Of a stretch of 64,000 nucleotides of DNA, positions 54,898 through 64,000 are shown piece by piece. The notes beneath the pieces were generated by a model that saw nothing but the letters and a program-made list of their open reading frames with translations, had not been told where the DNA came from and did no database searches. The position numbers and the translations under genes are program-made. Numbering within the stretch: the first letter of the stretch is position 1; each line of letters begins with the position of its first letter. Source of the stretch: an uncultured Clostridia bacterium (GTDB lineage: Bacteria > Bacillota > Clostridia > Oscillospirales > CAG-272). The stretch spans positions 12,314-76,313 of the forward strand of contig CANQYV010000001.1 of the NCBI GenBank assembly GCA_947628165.1. The letters are read 5' to 3'.

Positions 54898-55230
54898 ATG
54901 CTGAACATTTTACTTGACGCCGCCGCGGAACCGACAGTAAATCCGGCGGCAAGCGGCTGGTCGACGATAATCATGCTCGTCGTCCTGCTCGTAGTTTTCT
55001 ACTTCTTTATGATAAGGCCGCAGAAGAAGCAGGAGAAAGAGACGGCGGAGATGAGAAACAACCTTCAGGTCGGCGATGAGATAACGACTATCGGCGGAAT
55101 CATAGGAAAGATCGTCTCGATAAAGGAAGAGACGATAATGATAGAGACCGGAAAGGAAAAAACGAAGATCCGTCTCTTGAAGACCGCAGTCCGCAACGTA
55201 GACGTCAAGGCTGAGGACGCCGAGGACTGA
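54898..55230 (+). CDS. yajC: preprotein translocase subunit YajC
   Basis: A single TM followed by FFMIRPQKKQEKE ... LQVGDEITTIGGIIGKIVSI. Confidence 0.85.
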   Translation: MLNILLDAAAEPTVNPAASGWSTIIMLVVLLVVFYFFMIRPQKKQEKETAEMRNNLQVGDEITTIGGIIGKIVSIKEETIMIETGKEKTKIRLLKTAVRNVDVKAEDAED

Positions 55231-55308
55231 CGCCCTGCCATTCATAAAATCAGATACTCCCGAATACTAATGTAATGAAAAAATTCGTATTCGGGAGTTG
55301 AGATTTTT

Positions 55309-55761
55309 TTGAATACTGTTTTAAGAAACGACAGGGACGAGGGCGTCGGCGCGGCGGAGCTCTTCATTCCAGCGCTGTTCGGCGTGGGAGTCGCCGCGGC
55401 AGTCTCGGTGCTGCTCATTTTCGCCGTCGGGGCGGCTGTTTACGCTACAGCTGATCCGAACAAGCTCGTGACCGCGGGTTCGCTTCTGACGGCTGCGGCA
55501 GCGTCATTCACCGCCGGATTTGTCGGTGCGAGGCGCGGGCACTCGCTTTTGTGCGGCGTCATATCGGGCGCATTTTTGGCGGTCATCCTGTTTGCCGCGT
55601 CGTTTATAACGAGCGGCGGAGGCGCTTTGCCCGCGCCGTATTCTTATCTTTTCAGGGCGGGCGCGTTTGCGCTCTCCGTGCTCGGCGCTTTTCTCGCGTC
55701 AAGGCTCGGGGGCAGAAGGATGCCGGGTGCGCCGAGGGTGCCGAAGATAAAAAAGAGGTAA
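55309..55761 (+). CDS. small membrane protein (TIGR04086/YrzE-like)
   Basis: Four Gly/Ala-rich hydrophobic segments. Its position next to yajC matches Bacillus yrzE. TTG start is uncertain. Confidence 0.55.
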   Translation: MNTVLRNDRDEGVGAAELFIPALFGVGVAAAVSVLLIFAVGAAVYATADPNKLVTAGSLLTAAAASFTAGFVGARRGHSLLCGVISGAFLAVILFAASFITSGGGALPAPYSYLFRAGAFALSVLGAFLASRLGGRRMPGAPRVPKIKKR

Positions 55762-55792
55762 GGTGGATTTTTAAACCGAAAACAGTCACGCG

Positions 55793-55836
55793 GAGCGCGG
55801 GGTCGTCCCAACGGGGCGTCCCGCGCGCGCTTTTTT
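55793..55836 (+). terminator. GC-rich stem-loop terminator
   Basis: Imperfect stem gcgcggg ... cccgcgc followed by tttttt. Confidence 0.55.
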
Positions 55837-55858
55837 GGATGCGTTTTCATTTTTGGGA

Positions 55859-55887
55859 TTGCTATTCGCGAAATAATGATGTATAAT
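55859..55887 (+). promoter_or_regulatory. promoter of secA
   Basis: TTGCTA, 17 nt, TATAAT. Confidence 0.55.
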
Positions 55888-55941
55888 ATCTTTTAAAGCA
55901 TTATTTCTGCTTCTTAAAAAAATTATAAGGAACAAAAGCTT

Positions 55942-58734
55942 GTGAAAATAATAGATAAGGTTTTCGGGACGTACAGCGACAGACAGATAAAGAAGGTGCG
56001 TCCGATAGTAGACAAAATAGAGGCGCTCGCCCCGAAGTTTTCCGCGATGAGCGACGCCGAGATGCTCGCAATGACGGACAAATTCCGCGCACGTCTTTCG
56101 GACGGGGAGACGCTCGACGACATCCTGCCTGAGGCTTTCGCGCTCGTGCGCGAGGCGTGCGACCGCGTGCTCGGCAAGCGGCCGTTCAACTGCCAGCTCC
56201 TCTGCGGCGTTCTGCTCCATCAGGGCAGGATCGCGGAGATGAAAACGGGCGAAGGAAAGACGATCGTCGCCACGATGCCGTCGTACCTGAACGCGCTGAC
56301 GGGCAAGGGCGTCCACGTCGTAACCGTCAACGAGTACCTCGCGCGCAGCCAGGGCGAGGAGATGGGCCGCGTCCATGAATTTCTCGGCCTCACGACGGGG
56401 CTTATCGTCCACGGACAGACGACGAAGGAGAAGCAGGACGCGTACAACTGCGATATAACATACGGCACGAACAATGAGTTCGGGTTCGATTACCTCCGCG
56501 ACAACATGGTCATATATAAGGAACAGCTGACGCAGCGCGGACACAACTTCGCGATCGTCGACGAGGTCGACTCGATACTCATAGACGAGGCGCGCACGCC
56601 GCTCATCATTTCCGGCGCGGGCGACGAGTCCACCGATATGTACGAGCGCGCAGACGAGCTCGTCTCGAGGATGAAGCCGTTTGTAATAAAGGAGCTCGAC
56701 GCGAAAGAGGACGTCGAGGATGTAATAAGGGAAGCGGGCGTCGACCCCGATTACATCGTTGACGAAAAGCAGAAGACGACGACGCTGACCGCCCGCGGCA
56801 TCGAGCGCGTGGAGAAGTTTTTCGGTATAGAAAACTTCGGCGACGAAGAAAACTCCGAGCTCAGCCACTATGTCTATGAGGCTCTTAAGGCTCACGGCAT
56901 AATGCACAAGGATATCGACTACGTCATACACAACGGCGGCGTCATGATAATCGACAGCTTCACGGGCAGAATGATGCCGGGGCGCAGATATTCAAACGGA
57001 CTGCACCAGGCTATCGAGGCAAAGGAGCACGTCGAGATACAGCGCGAGAACAAGACGCTCGCGACGATAACGTTCCAGAATTTCTTCCGTATGTACGGCA
57101 AGCTCTCCGGCATGACGGGCACGGCGCTCTCGGAGGAAAACGAGTTCCGCGAGATATATAATCTCGACGTCGTCGAGGTTCCGACGAACAAGCCGATGAT
57201 ACGCGAGGACCACAACGACATCGTATATAAGACCGAAAAGGCGAAATACGACGCCGTTATAGCTGAGATAAAGCGGTGCCACGAAAAGGGGCAGCCTGTC
57301 CTTGTCGGTACCGTATCTATAGAAAAGTCGGAGGCGCTCTCGAAAAAGCTGAAGGGCGCAGGGATCCCGCACACCGTTCTGAACGCGAAATACCATGAGC
57401 GCGAGGCTGAGATAGTCGCGCAGGCAGGTAAGCTCGGTGCCGTCACGATCTCGACGAACATGGCGGGGCGCGGCACCGATATCCTTCTCGGAGGCAACGC
57501 GGAATATCTTGCGAAGGCGCAGATGCGCCGCGACGGGTACGAGGAGCGCATGGTGGCGCTCGCCACGGGCTCGTCTCAGTCCGTCCCGGAAGAGGTGCTC
57601 GAGGCAAGACGCGTATATCAGGAGCTCTACAAGAAATATCAGAGCGAGATCGAGCCGGAGGCAAAGCTCGTCTGCGAGGCGGGCGGACTTTACGTCATCG
57701 GCACGGAGCGCCACGAGAGCAGACGCATAGACAACCAGCTCCGCGGACGTTCCGGACGTCAGGGTGACCCGGGAGAATCGAGATTTTATATCTCTCTCGA
57801 GGACGACCTGATGCGCCTTTTCGGCGGAGACAGACTTTACAATATAGTCGATAAGCTCAAGCTGCCGGACGACGTGCCGATAGACGCCGCCATCCTATCG
57901 AACTCCATCGAGACGGCGCAGAAGCGCATAGAGGGGCAGAACTTCAACAGGCGCAAGAACGTCCTTGAATATGACGACGTCATGAACCAGCAGCGCACGC
58001 TCATATACAGCCAGCGCTCCGAGGTCCTCGAAGGGCTCGACCTGCGCGACAAGATCCTTGCGATGATAAAAGGCACGGTCGAGGAGGACGTCAACCTCTA
58101 TGTCGGCGGGGACGACCCGAACGCTTGGTCGCTTGACGAGCTCCGCGCCGAGTATACCGGCATCCTCTTCGGAAAGGACGATCCCGACTTCTCAAAGGAA
58201 ACGCTGCTCACGAAAAATCACGGCGAGATACTCGACCTTCTGCGTGACAGGGCAGTCTCCATATACACCTCAAAGGAAGAGAAGTACGGAGCCGACTGGA
58301 TGAGAAACGTCGAGCGCAACGTGCTTCTGCGCACAGTCGACCGCCACTGGATGGAGCATCTCGACGCGATGGACGACCTTCGCGACAGCATACACCTTGA
58401 GGCATACGCGCAGCGCAATCCCATTTCCGAATACCGCATTGCGGGCATGAACCTGTTCGATCACATGACGGACGAGATCCGCCGCGACACGTCGCGCACG
58501 ATCCTGACCGCGATCCCGCGCGAGGAACTCGAACGCCGCCGTCAGATAATGGTCGTGAAGAACGCCGTATCGGGCACAAACGGACCTATCTCGACTGGCG
58601 AGAAGAAAAAGCCCGTCGTGAAAAAGGCATCCGAAAAAATAGGACGCAACGACCCGTGCCCGTGCGGCTCGGGAAAGAAGTACAAGAACTGCTGCGGCGC
58701 CGTGAACAACACGCCCACGGGCGGCGCAAAATAA
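55942..58734 (+). CDS. secA: preprotein translocase ATPase SecA
   Basis: MKTGEGKT Walker A, DEVDSILIDEARTPLIISG DEAD-like box, and C-terminal zinc finger CPCGSGKKYKNCCG. GTG start after an AAGGAA RBS. Confidence 0.97.
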   Translation: MKIIDKVFGTYSDRQIKKVRPIVDKIEALAPKFSAMSDAEMLAMTDKFRARLSDGETLDDILPEAFALVREACDRVLGKRPFNCQLLCGVLLHQGRIAEMKTGEGKTIVATMPSYLNALTGKGVHVVTVNEYLARSQGEEMGRVHEFLGLTTGLIVHGQTTKEKQDAYNCDITYGTNNEFGFDYLRDNMVIYKEQLTQRGHNFAIVDEVDSILIDEARTPLIISGAGDESTDMYERADELVSRMKPFVIKELDAKEDVEDVIREAGVDPDYIVDEKQKTTTLTARGIERVEKFFGIENFGDEENSELSHYVYEALKAHGIMHKDIDYVIHNGGVMIIDSFTGRMMPGRRYSNGLHQAIEAKEHVEIQRENKTLATITFQNFFRMYGKLSGMTGTALSEENEFREIYNLDVVEVPTNKPMIREDHNDIVYKTEKAKYDAVIAEIKRCHEKGQPVLVGTVSIEKSEALSKKLKGAGIPHTVLNAKYHEREAEIVAQAGKLGAVTISTNMAGRGTDILLGGNAEYLAKAQMRRDGYEERMVALATGSSQSVPEEVLEARRVYQELYKKYQSEIEPEAKLVCEAGGLYVIGTERHESRRIDNQLRGRSGRQGDPGESRFYISLEDDLMRLFGGDRLYNIVDKLKLPDDVPIDAAILSNSIETAQKRIEGQNFNRRKNVLEYDDVMNQQRTLIYSQRSEVLEGLDLRDKILAMIKGTVEEDVNLYVGGDDPNAWSLDELRAEYTGILFGKDDPDFSKETLLTKNHGEILDLLRDRAVSIYTSKEEKYGADWMRNVERNVLLRTVDRHWMEHLDAMDDLRDSIHLEAYAQRNPISEYRIAGMNLFDHMTDEIRRDTSRTILTAIPREELERRRQIMVVKNAVSGTNGPISTGEKKKPVVKKASEKIGRNDPCPCGSGKKYKNCCGAVNNTPTGGAK

Positions 58735-58748
58735 AAGAGGGGTGAAAG

Positions 58749-59444
58749 ATGGGACTCGGACTTCTTTTTGTAGGATACGTTTTCGTGTCCCTCTTTACGC
58801 TCGCGCCGACATACTTTGTGACGGACCTTGTCGGCAGCTTCATCATTTTCGAGGCGCTCGGAAAGCTGCGACGCCACGCGGAGAGATTCAGATACGCCCT
58901 CGCGGCGGTATATGCGATGTTCGCCGTATCCGTCGTGCAGTGCGCGTACTACGCGGTAAAATATATAGGGATAATTGAGGGGCGCGCGGTATTTGAAAAT
59001 GTGCTCGAGATAGTAAGGCTCGCGGTAATGTTCCTTCTGACAGAGGCGATGCTTTTGTCGCTGTCTCAGCTCGCCTCAAACGTCGGGGACAGGAAGCTGT
59101 CCGAAAAAGGCACGAGAAACGCGTGGTTCTACGTCGTAAACTATGCGTTTATAATCGCGCTCTCGCTCGATTTTGATTTTCTTGCGGGCTTCAAAAGCGC
59201 GTTTATGGCGTTCGGACTGCTTTTGCGCATCGTCTGCGCGCTTCTGAACTGCGCATTCATCTACAGCTGCTATATGTGGATCTGCCTTGAGGGAGACCGC
59301 GATATGAGCAGACCTTCGGCGGCGGACAGATTTATCGGAAAGCTTATGCCTAAAAAGGAAAAGGCAAACGACGCGCCCGCCGATAAAGACGCGGAGCCGA
59401 AGGCGTCCGAACAAAAGAAACCGACAAAAAAGAAGAAAAAATAA
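58749..59444 (+). CDS. hypothetical polytopic membrane protein with a Lys-rich tail
   Basis: GAGGGGTG RBS 14 nt after the secA stop. Six hydrophobic segments. C-terminal KKPTKKKKK. Confidence 0.5.
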   Translation: MGLGLLFVGYVFVSLFTLAPTYFVTDLVGSFIIFEALGKLRRHAERFRYALAAVYAMFAVSVVQCAYYAVKYIGIIEGRAVFENVLEIVRLAVMFLLTEAMLLSLSQLASNVGDRKLSEKGTRNAWFYVVNYAFIIALSLDFDFLAGFKSAFMAFGLLLRIVCALLNCAFIYSCYMWICLEGDRDMSRPSAADRFIGKLMPKKEKANDAPADKDAEPKASEQKKPTKKKKK

Positions 59445-59468
59445 AGGAGCTTATAAGGAGGAACTGCG

Positions 59469-61076
59469 ATGTCGATAACAATATCGATAACAGCGGCAAT
59501 ACTTGCGGTCATCTTTTTTGCGAACCCCTATATTTCAACGCTCGACCTTCTGCCAGATGCCGTCGGCTGTCTTCTTATGTGGTATTCTCTTCGCCGTGCC
59601 GAGGCGTTTTCGCCCAAGCTCGAGGAGGCGCGCCGCCGCTGGCTGCGTCTCGCCGCTATAACGGGGCTCGATTTCATCGTCTCGTATGTCACCCCGACAA
59701 GGGACGGGACGATGATACTGCTCGTCGTCTTTGTATTCCGCATCGCGGAGGCGTTCCTTATGTATAATGCCGCGGCGGAGACGTTTGACGGCGTCGTCTA
59801 CCTCGGGACAAAATTCGAGGGCGACGGCATATATATGCACGACTCAAAGCGCAAACAGGAGCGGCGCAGCAGAAAGGAAAACGCGGAGCGCGCGCGACTT
59901 GACAGGATGCTCGATCACGAACGCGAGCGCTACGAGCGCGAAACTGCCGACGGGATCGATGAGGAGCACCGTCACCGCGCGACCGTGCGTTACAGCCGTG
60001 CCGTCGCAAAGCTCTCGGCGGATGCAGGCAGAGTCAGGCACGACCGCGACGGGATCGCGGCTTTGTCCCGCCTGACGCTTGTGTTCCTTATAGTCAGGGC
60101 CGCCGCGTGCGTTCTCCCGGAATTTACGGCGCTCTCGTCGTATCAGCATCTCGGCGACGTCCCGGCGGAGGGCGCGTTCGACATAACGCGGTTCCGCCCG
60201 ATGTTCATCTCACTCGGCTTTATCGTCGCCGCAGTCTTTGCGATATGCTGGCTCATAAGAATGCTGATATATATCGGAGGCATAAGGCGCGACAGGAGAT
60301 TTCTCTCGGCTGTCAGGGACGAATTTGAGACGTTCGCAACAGAGAATTCAAACAAATATCTGAGCCGCAGACTTTCAGCGGCGCTTACATTTCTTATTAT
60401 AGGCGTTGTATGCACGCTCGATATCGTCGTCGACAATATCAATTATGTGCCGGACTTCATCGCCGCTGTCTTCTTCGCGGGATTTTTCATAATACTTTTA
60501 AAGGATCTTGAAAAGGCAAAGCGCGGGCTCATAATATGTGCGGCATGGGGCGCGGCCGCCGTCGCCCAGTGGCTGACGGTATACGCATACGTTGACAAGT
60601 TCCACGATTTCACGCGCACCGTCAACTCCTCCGAGGCGTTCGGCTTTTACGTCGTTTGCTGCGTCGTCACGGCTGTGACGGAGGCGCTCTTCATCCTGCT
60701 TGCCGTCACTATATTCGGCGAGCTGAAAAAGATAATCGCCTCGCATACGGGGAGCCTCACCGAAGAAGAGGAAGAGGCGGGCGGAAGCTCCGCGCGCAGG
60801 ACGACGTATATCAGGCAGGAGCTCTCAAAGATGAACTCGCGCGCGAGATTTCTGGCATATGCCGCATCCGTCGCGGCGCTCGCATACATGATAATCGTCG
60901 GCATAAACAAGCAGATTACGGTTGAGAACGAGATAATGGAATATGTGCGCTACGTTCCCGTATTTCCTGCGATAAACATCGTCTCGGTCGCGGTGACGTT
61001 GCTGTTCATAGTGTATACGGTGAAGTATATCTCCGACCTTGCCGACAACGTAAAGGAAAGGTACAGGCTGCTCTGA
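59469..61076 (+). CDS. hypothetical polytopic membrane protein with a central Arg/Glu-rich cytoplasmic segment
   Basis: AAGGAGG RBS. Two membrane modules are separated by KRKQERRSRKENAERARLDRMLDHERERYERE. Confidence 0.5.
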   Translation: MSITISITAAILAVIFFANPYISTLDLLPDAVGCLLMWYSLRRAEAFSPKLEEARRRWLRLAAITGLDFIVSYVTPTRDGTMILLVVFVFRIAEAFLMYNAAAETFDGVVYLGTKFEGDGIYMHDSKRKQERRSRKENAERARLDRMLDHERERYERETADGIDEEHRHRATVRYSRAVAKLSADAGRVRHDRDGIAALSRLTLVFLIVRAAACVLPEFTALSSYQHLGDVPAEGAFDITRFRPMFISLGFIVAAVFAICWLIRMLIYIGGIRRDRRFLSAVRDEFETFATENSNKYLSRRLSAALTFLIIGVVCTLDIVVDNINYVPDFIAAVFFAGFFIILLKDLEKAKRGLIICAAWGAAAVAQWLTVYAYVDKFHDFTRTVNSSEAFGFYVVCCVVTAVTEALFILLAVTIFGELKKIIASHTGSLTEEEEEAGGSSARRTTYIRQELSKMNSRARFLAYAASVAALAYMIIVGINKQITVENEIMEYVRYVPVFPAINIVSVAVTLLFIVYTVKYISDLADNVKERYRLL

Positions 61077-61115
61077 GGGTGAGAAAGACCCCGGCAGGGA
61101 AATATAACGCAAAAA

Positions 61116-61155
61116 ACGCTTCGGGCGGGCAAAGTCTCGCCGGAAGCGTTTTTTT
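61116..61155 (+). terminator. intrinsic terminator
   Basis: 12-bp stem acgcttcgggcg / cgccggaagcgt (one mismatch) followed by ttttttt. Confidence 0.75.
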
Positions 61156-61170
61156 GCGCTAAAAAAAGCC

Positions 61171-61199
61171 TTGACTTTACCGTGATAAAGTGATATCAT
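61171..61199 (+). promoter_or_regulatory. promoter of the yerC-his operon
   Basis: TTGACT, 17 nt, TATCAT. Confidence 0.55.
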
Positions 61200-61244
61200 A
61201 TGAAACACTGACTTTGAGATAACGAAATAATGAGGGAAAAAGCG

Positions 61245-61541
61245 ATGGAAAACCTTCACTCCGCCTCGACGGACAGGCTGTTTCGGGCGATACTCTCGCT
61301 CGGCAGCGTCGGGGAATGCTACGATTTTTTTGAGGATATCTGTACGATAAAGGAAATAGAAGATATGACGCAGCGGCTTGAAACGGCGCTCATGCTCGAC
61401 AGCGGCGCGAACTATCAGACCGTTTCGGAAAAGATAGGCGTCAGCACGGCGACGATAAGCCGCGTGAACAGGTGCCTCCGATACGGGAGCGGAGGATACA
61501 GGCGCGCGATAGACAAACTTCGGGACGAGGAGAGCACATGA
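61245..61541 (+). CDS. YerC/YecD-family TrpR-like protein
   Basis: FFEDICTIKEIEDMTQRLE ... GVSTATISRVNRCLRYG. ATG 61245 follows a GAGGGA RBS. Confidence 0.8.
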   Translation: MENLHSASTDRLFRAILSLGSVGECYDFFEDICTIKEIEDMTQRLETALMLDSGANYQTVSEKIGVSTATISRVNRCLRYGSGGYRRAIDKLRDEEST

Positions 61542-62572
61542 ACGAAAGCATTACAGATGTCATGAACGCGGAGGAACGCCTCGTTTTCGCTTTGCGCGCG
61601 CTCTTTTGGCGTTACGGATACAGGCCGTACCGCATGAGCAAATTTGAAGAATACGACCTTTACGCAAAAAACAAGGATTTTCTTATATCTGAGGACGTTA
61701 TCGTCTTCACGGACAAGGGCGGGAGACTGATGGCTCTCAAGCCTGACGTTACGCTATCGATCGTGAACAGTGTCCGCGTAAAAAAGGGCGAGGTCGAGAG
61801 GCTGTGCTACAACGAAAATGTTTACCGCGTTCCGAAGGGCGGCGTCTCGTTTTCGGAAATAATGCAGACGGGACTCGAATGCATAGGCGACATTGACGCA
61901 TACTGCGTCGGCGAGGTCCTTTGTCTTGCCGCGGCGAGCCTTGACCTTATATCGCAACGCTTTGTGCTTGACGTGTCGCACATAGGGCTGCTTTCGGCGG
62001 CGGTCGCCTCTCTTTCTCTCCCGAAAGATGCGGCGCGGAAGGTCTGCGGATACGTTTCCGCAAAAAATGTGCATGAAATAATGTCAGTCTGCCGTGAAAA
62101 CGGCGTCTCCGAGGAAAAGGCAAACGCGCTTTCCGAGCTCACGTCTCTGTACGGCACGCCTTCAGACGTTATGCCTAAAGTAAAAAGGATAGCGGAGCTG
62201 TTCTTTGCAGAGGCTGAATACGCGGAGCTTTCAGCCGCGTTATCGGTACTTGAGACGTCGCCTTTCCGCGACCGCGTGAGGGTGGATTTTTCAATCGTCG
62301 GAGATGCGGGATATTATAACGGTGTCGTTTTCAAGGGCTTTGTTGACGGCGTCCCGGAAGCAGTTCTTTCCGGCGGAAGATATGACGGCCTCCTCAAAAA
62401 AATGAAGCGCGATGGCGGCGCCGCGGGATTCGCGGTCTATCTCGACACGCTCGCCCCGATATTCAGAGGAAAAGAATCTTTCCCCGGGAACGGCGCCGTG
62501 ACAGAAAGCGCGGAAAGCGTTACCGGTAAAAAGCCGGTCTATGCGAAAGGATGCGATATTTATGAGGTCTGA
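61538..62572 (+). CDS. hisZ: ATP phosphoribosyltransferase regulatory subunit HisZ
   Basis: HisRS-like fold without an anticodon domain (RPYRMSKFEEYDLY ... LKPDVT ... YYNGVVFKGF). ATGA overlap with the upstream gene. Adjacent to a short-form hisG. Confidence 0.85.
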   Translation: MNESITDVMNAEERLVFALRALFWRYGYRPYRMSKFEEYDLYAKNKDFLISEDVIVFTDKGGRLMALKPDVTLSIVNSVRVKKGEVERLCYNENVYRVPKGGVSFSEIMQTGLECIGDIDAYCVGEVLCLAAASLDLISQRFVLDVSHIGLLSAAVASLSLPKDAARKVCGYVSAKNVHEIMSVCRENGVSEEKANALSELTSLYGTPSDVMPKVKRIAELFFAEAEYAELSAALSVLETSPFRDRVRVDFSIVGDAGYYNGVVFKGFVDGVPEAVLSGGRYDGLLKKMKRDGGAAGFAVYLDTLAPIFRGKESFPGNGAVTESAESVTGKKPVYAKGCDIYEV

Positions 62573-62576
62573 ACGA

Positions 62577-63212
62577 ATGCTCAATATCGCGCTCCCGAAA
62601 GGAAGGCTCGGCGAGCGCGTATACGGTATTTTCGAGAGCGCGGGGCTCGGCGTACCGTCTGTAAATGACGGAGGCCGCCGCCTGACGTTCGAGGATGCGG
62701 ACGTCGGCGTCCGATATTTTTGGGTCAAGCCGTCAGACGTTGCTATATACGTCGAGCGCGGCGCCGCGGACCTCGGCGTTGCGGGAAAGGATATCCTTCT
62801 TGAATACCGCCCCGACGTCTACGAGCTTCTTGACCTCGGAATAGGAAAATGCCGTATGGCATCGGCCGGAAAGGCAGATTTTAATTCATATTACGACAGC
62901 GGCGAATTTCCTCTGCGTGTTGCAACAAAATTTCCGAATATCGCGAGGGATTTTTTCGCCTCGCGAGGCAGGAGCATAGACATAATAAAGCTGCACGGGT
63001 CAATAGAGCTCGCCCCGCTGCTCGGCCTGTCTGACATAATCGTCGACATCGTCGAGACGGGGGAGACGCTTCGCGAAAACGGCCTTATCGTTATCGAGGA
63101 TATCGTGGAGATAAGCGCGAGGCTGATAGCGAACAAGGCGAGCCACAAATTCGATTTCGAACGGATAGAGGGCGTCGTCGGGTCGGTCGCAAAGATAAAG
63201 GAGAAAAAATGA
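62577..63212 (+). CDS. hisG: ATP phosphoribosyltransferase (short form)
   Basis: MLNIALPKGRL ... VKPSDVAIYVERGAADLGVAGKD ... DIVETGETLRENGL. Confidence 0.9.
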   Translation: MLNIALPKGRLGERVYGIFESAGLGVPSVNDGGRRLTFEDADVGVRYFWVKPSDVAIYVERGAADLGVAGKDILLEYRPDVYELLDLGIGKCRMASAGKADFNSYYDSGEFPLRVATKFPNIARDFFASRGRSIDIIKLHGSIELAPLLGLSDIIVDIVETGETLRENGLIVIEDIVEISARLIANKASHKFDFERIEGVVGSVAKIKEKK

Positions 63213-64000
63213 TAAAGATACTGAAATACGGAGAGGTGCCGCTTGACGAAATATTATCCCGCGCGGCGACGTCTTCGGATATTGCAGATACGGTCTTTCA
63301 AATAATAGAAAACGTGCGTGAAAAAAAGGATGCGGCGCTTTTTGAATATACGGAAAGATTCGACGGCGTCAGGCTGTCCCGATTCGAGATCCCGAAAGAG
63401 GAAATTGAGGCCGCCGCAAAAAGGGCGGATCCGGAGCTTTTGCGCGTCCTTGTCCGTGCGGCGGACAATATAAGAAAATTTCACAGCGCGCAGAAAAGAG
63501 AGAGCTTTATCATAAACGACACGCCAGGGGTGGTCATGGGGCAGAAGGTCATCCCGATAGAGAATGTGGGAATATATGTGCCGGGCGGCACGGCTTCACT
63601 TCCGTCTACGGTGCTGATGAACGCGATCCCCGCGAAGCTCGCGGGCTGCGGGAACATCGTTATGGCAACACCTCCCGGAAAGGACGGGCGCGTCTCGGAT
63701 GCGATACTTGCGGCCGCGAACGTCTCAGGGGTAGACAGGGTGTTCACGGTCGGCGGCGCGCAGGCGATAGCGGCACTCGCATACGGAACGGAGAGCATTC
63801 CGCGCGTCGACAAAATAGCGGGTCCCGGCAACGCGTTCGTTGCCGAAGCGAAAAGGCAGGTTTACGGCGCCGTCTCGATCGACATGATAGCGGGGCCGAG
63901 TGAGATACTCATAATCGCTGACGGTAAAAACGACCCTAGAAACATAGCTGCCGATATGCTGTCTCAGGCGGAGCATGACAGGATGGCGAGCGCCGTGCTT
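63209..64000 (+). CDS. hisD: histidinol dehydrogenase, N-terminal 264 codons; the 3' end lies outside the window
   Basis: My own translation from ATG 63209 (ATGA overlap with hisG) gives MIKILKYGEVPLDEIL ... VGIYVPGGTASLPSTVLMNAIPA ... IAGPGNAFVAEAK ... AGPSEILIIAD ... LSQAEHD. The frame stays open to the window end, so it is absent from the ORF track. Confidence 0.9.
   Translation, partial: MIKILKYGEVPLDEILSRAATSSDIADTVFQIIENVREKKDAALFEYTERFDGVRLSRFEIPKEEIEAAAKRADPELLRVLVRAADNIRKFHSAQKRESFIINDTPGVVMGQKVIPIENVGIYVPGGTASLPSTVLMNAIPAKLAGCGNIVMATPPGKDGRVSDAILAAANVSGVDRVFTVGGAQAIAALAYGTESIPRVDKIAGPGNAFVAEAKRQVYGAVSIDMIAGPSEILIIADGKNDPRNIAADMLSQAEHDRMASAVL

Noticed and set aside
55786-56931. 381-aa minus-strand ORF overlapping the 5' part of secA.
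   Set aside because: It is antisense to an unambiguous secA reading frame. It has no motifs and Arg/Leu-rich composition typical of a shadow ORF.
1-64000. I looked for classical mobile or defence hallmarks: integrase, transposase, tRNA-flanked island, restriction-modification, CRISPR-cas, reverse transcriptase and nuclease-NTPase pairs.
   Set aside because: None was recognisable in any of the six frames. The only defence-associated domain type present is the SIR2/macro pair, which is reported as a finding with its better-supported SirTM interpretation.

Overview
The window looks like a 64-kb chromosomal segment of a fairly GC-rich, spore-forming Clostridia-type Firmicute. That assignment is an inference from gene content: a GerA/SpoVAF-family protein, DUF4830, the yajC/TIGR04086/secA arrangement, and frequent TGnTATAAT extended -10 boxes. 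I count about 60 protein genes and saw no rRNA, tRNA, CRISPR array, transposase or integrase.

Content falls into three groups.
1. Carbohydrate-active enzymes: a GH78 rhamnosidase fragment, a large beta-helix protein with an AraC regulator, a clan GH-A-like hydrolase, and a GH30 with a discoidin/CBM32-like domain.
2. An unusually dense set of envelope-sensing modules: four complete two-component systems (one Bce-like, with ABC transporter and an embedded GNAT), an ECF sigma/anti-sigma pair, a LytTR regulator, and a YtrA-type GntR/ABC operon.
3. Housekeeping genes: ychF, rpe, ispD-ispF, pepD, yajC, secA, hisZ-hisG-hisD.

The candidates most worth a second look are:
- A two-copy ~140-150 nt structured element. 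Each copy carries its own consensus extended -10 promoter and sits just upstream of a minus-strand gene (ispDF, and a low-GC HicB/DinB-like gene).
- A translationally overlapping macrodomain/SirTM-type sirtuin pair lacking the GcvH-L/LplA2 partners, beside an HxlR/iron-sulfur flavoprotein operon.
- A two-component operon flanked by paralogous 'GMC...PGIxVG' membrane-hairpin proteins.
- A 1033-aa beta-helix protein with a complete sortase-substrate-like module fused in frame at an A6 tract.

All calls come from reading the sequence and the supplied translations. No database search or computation was run.
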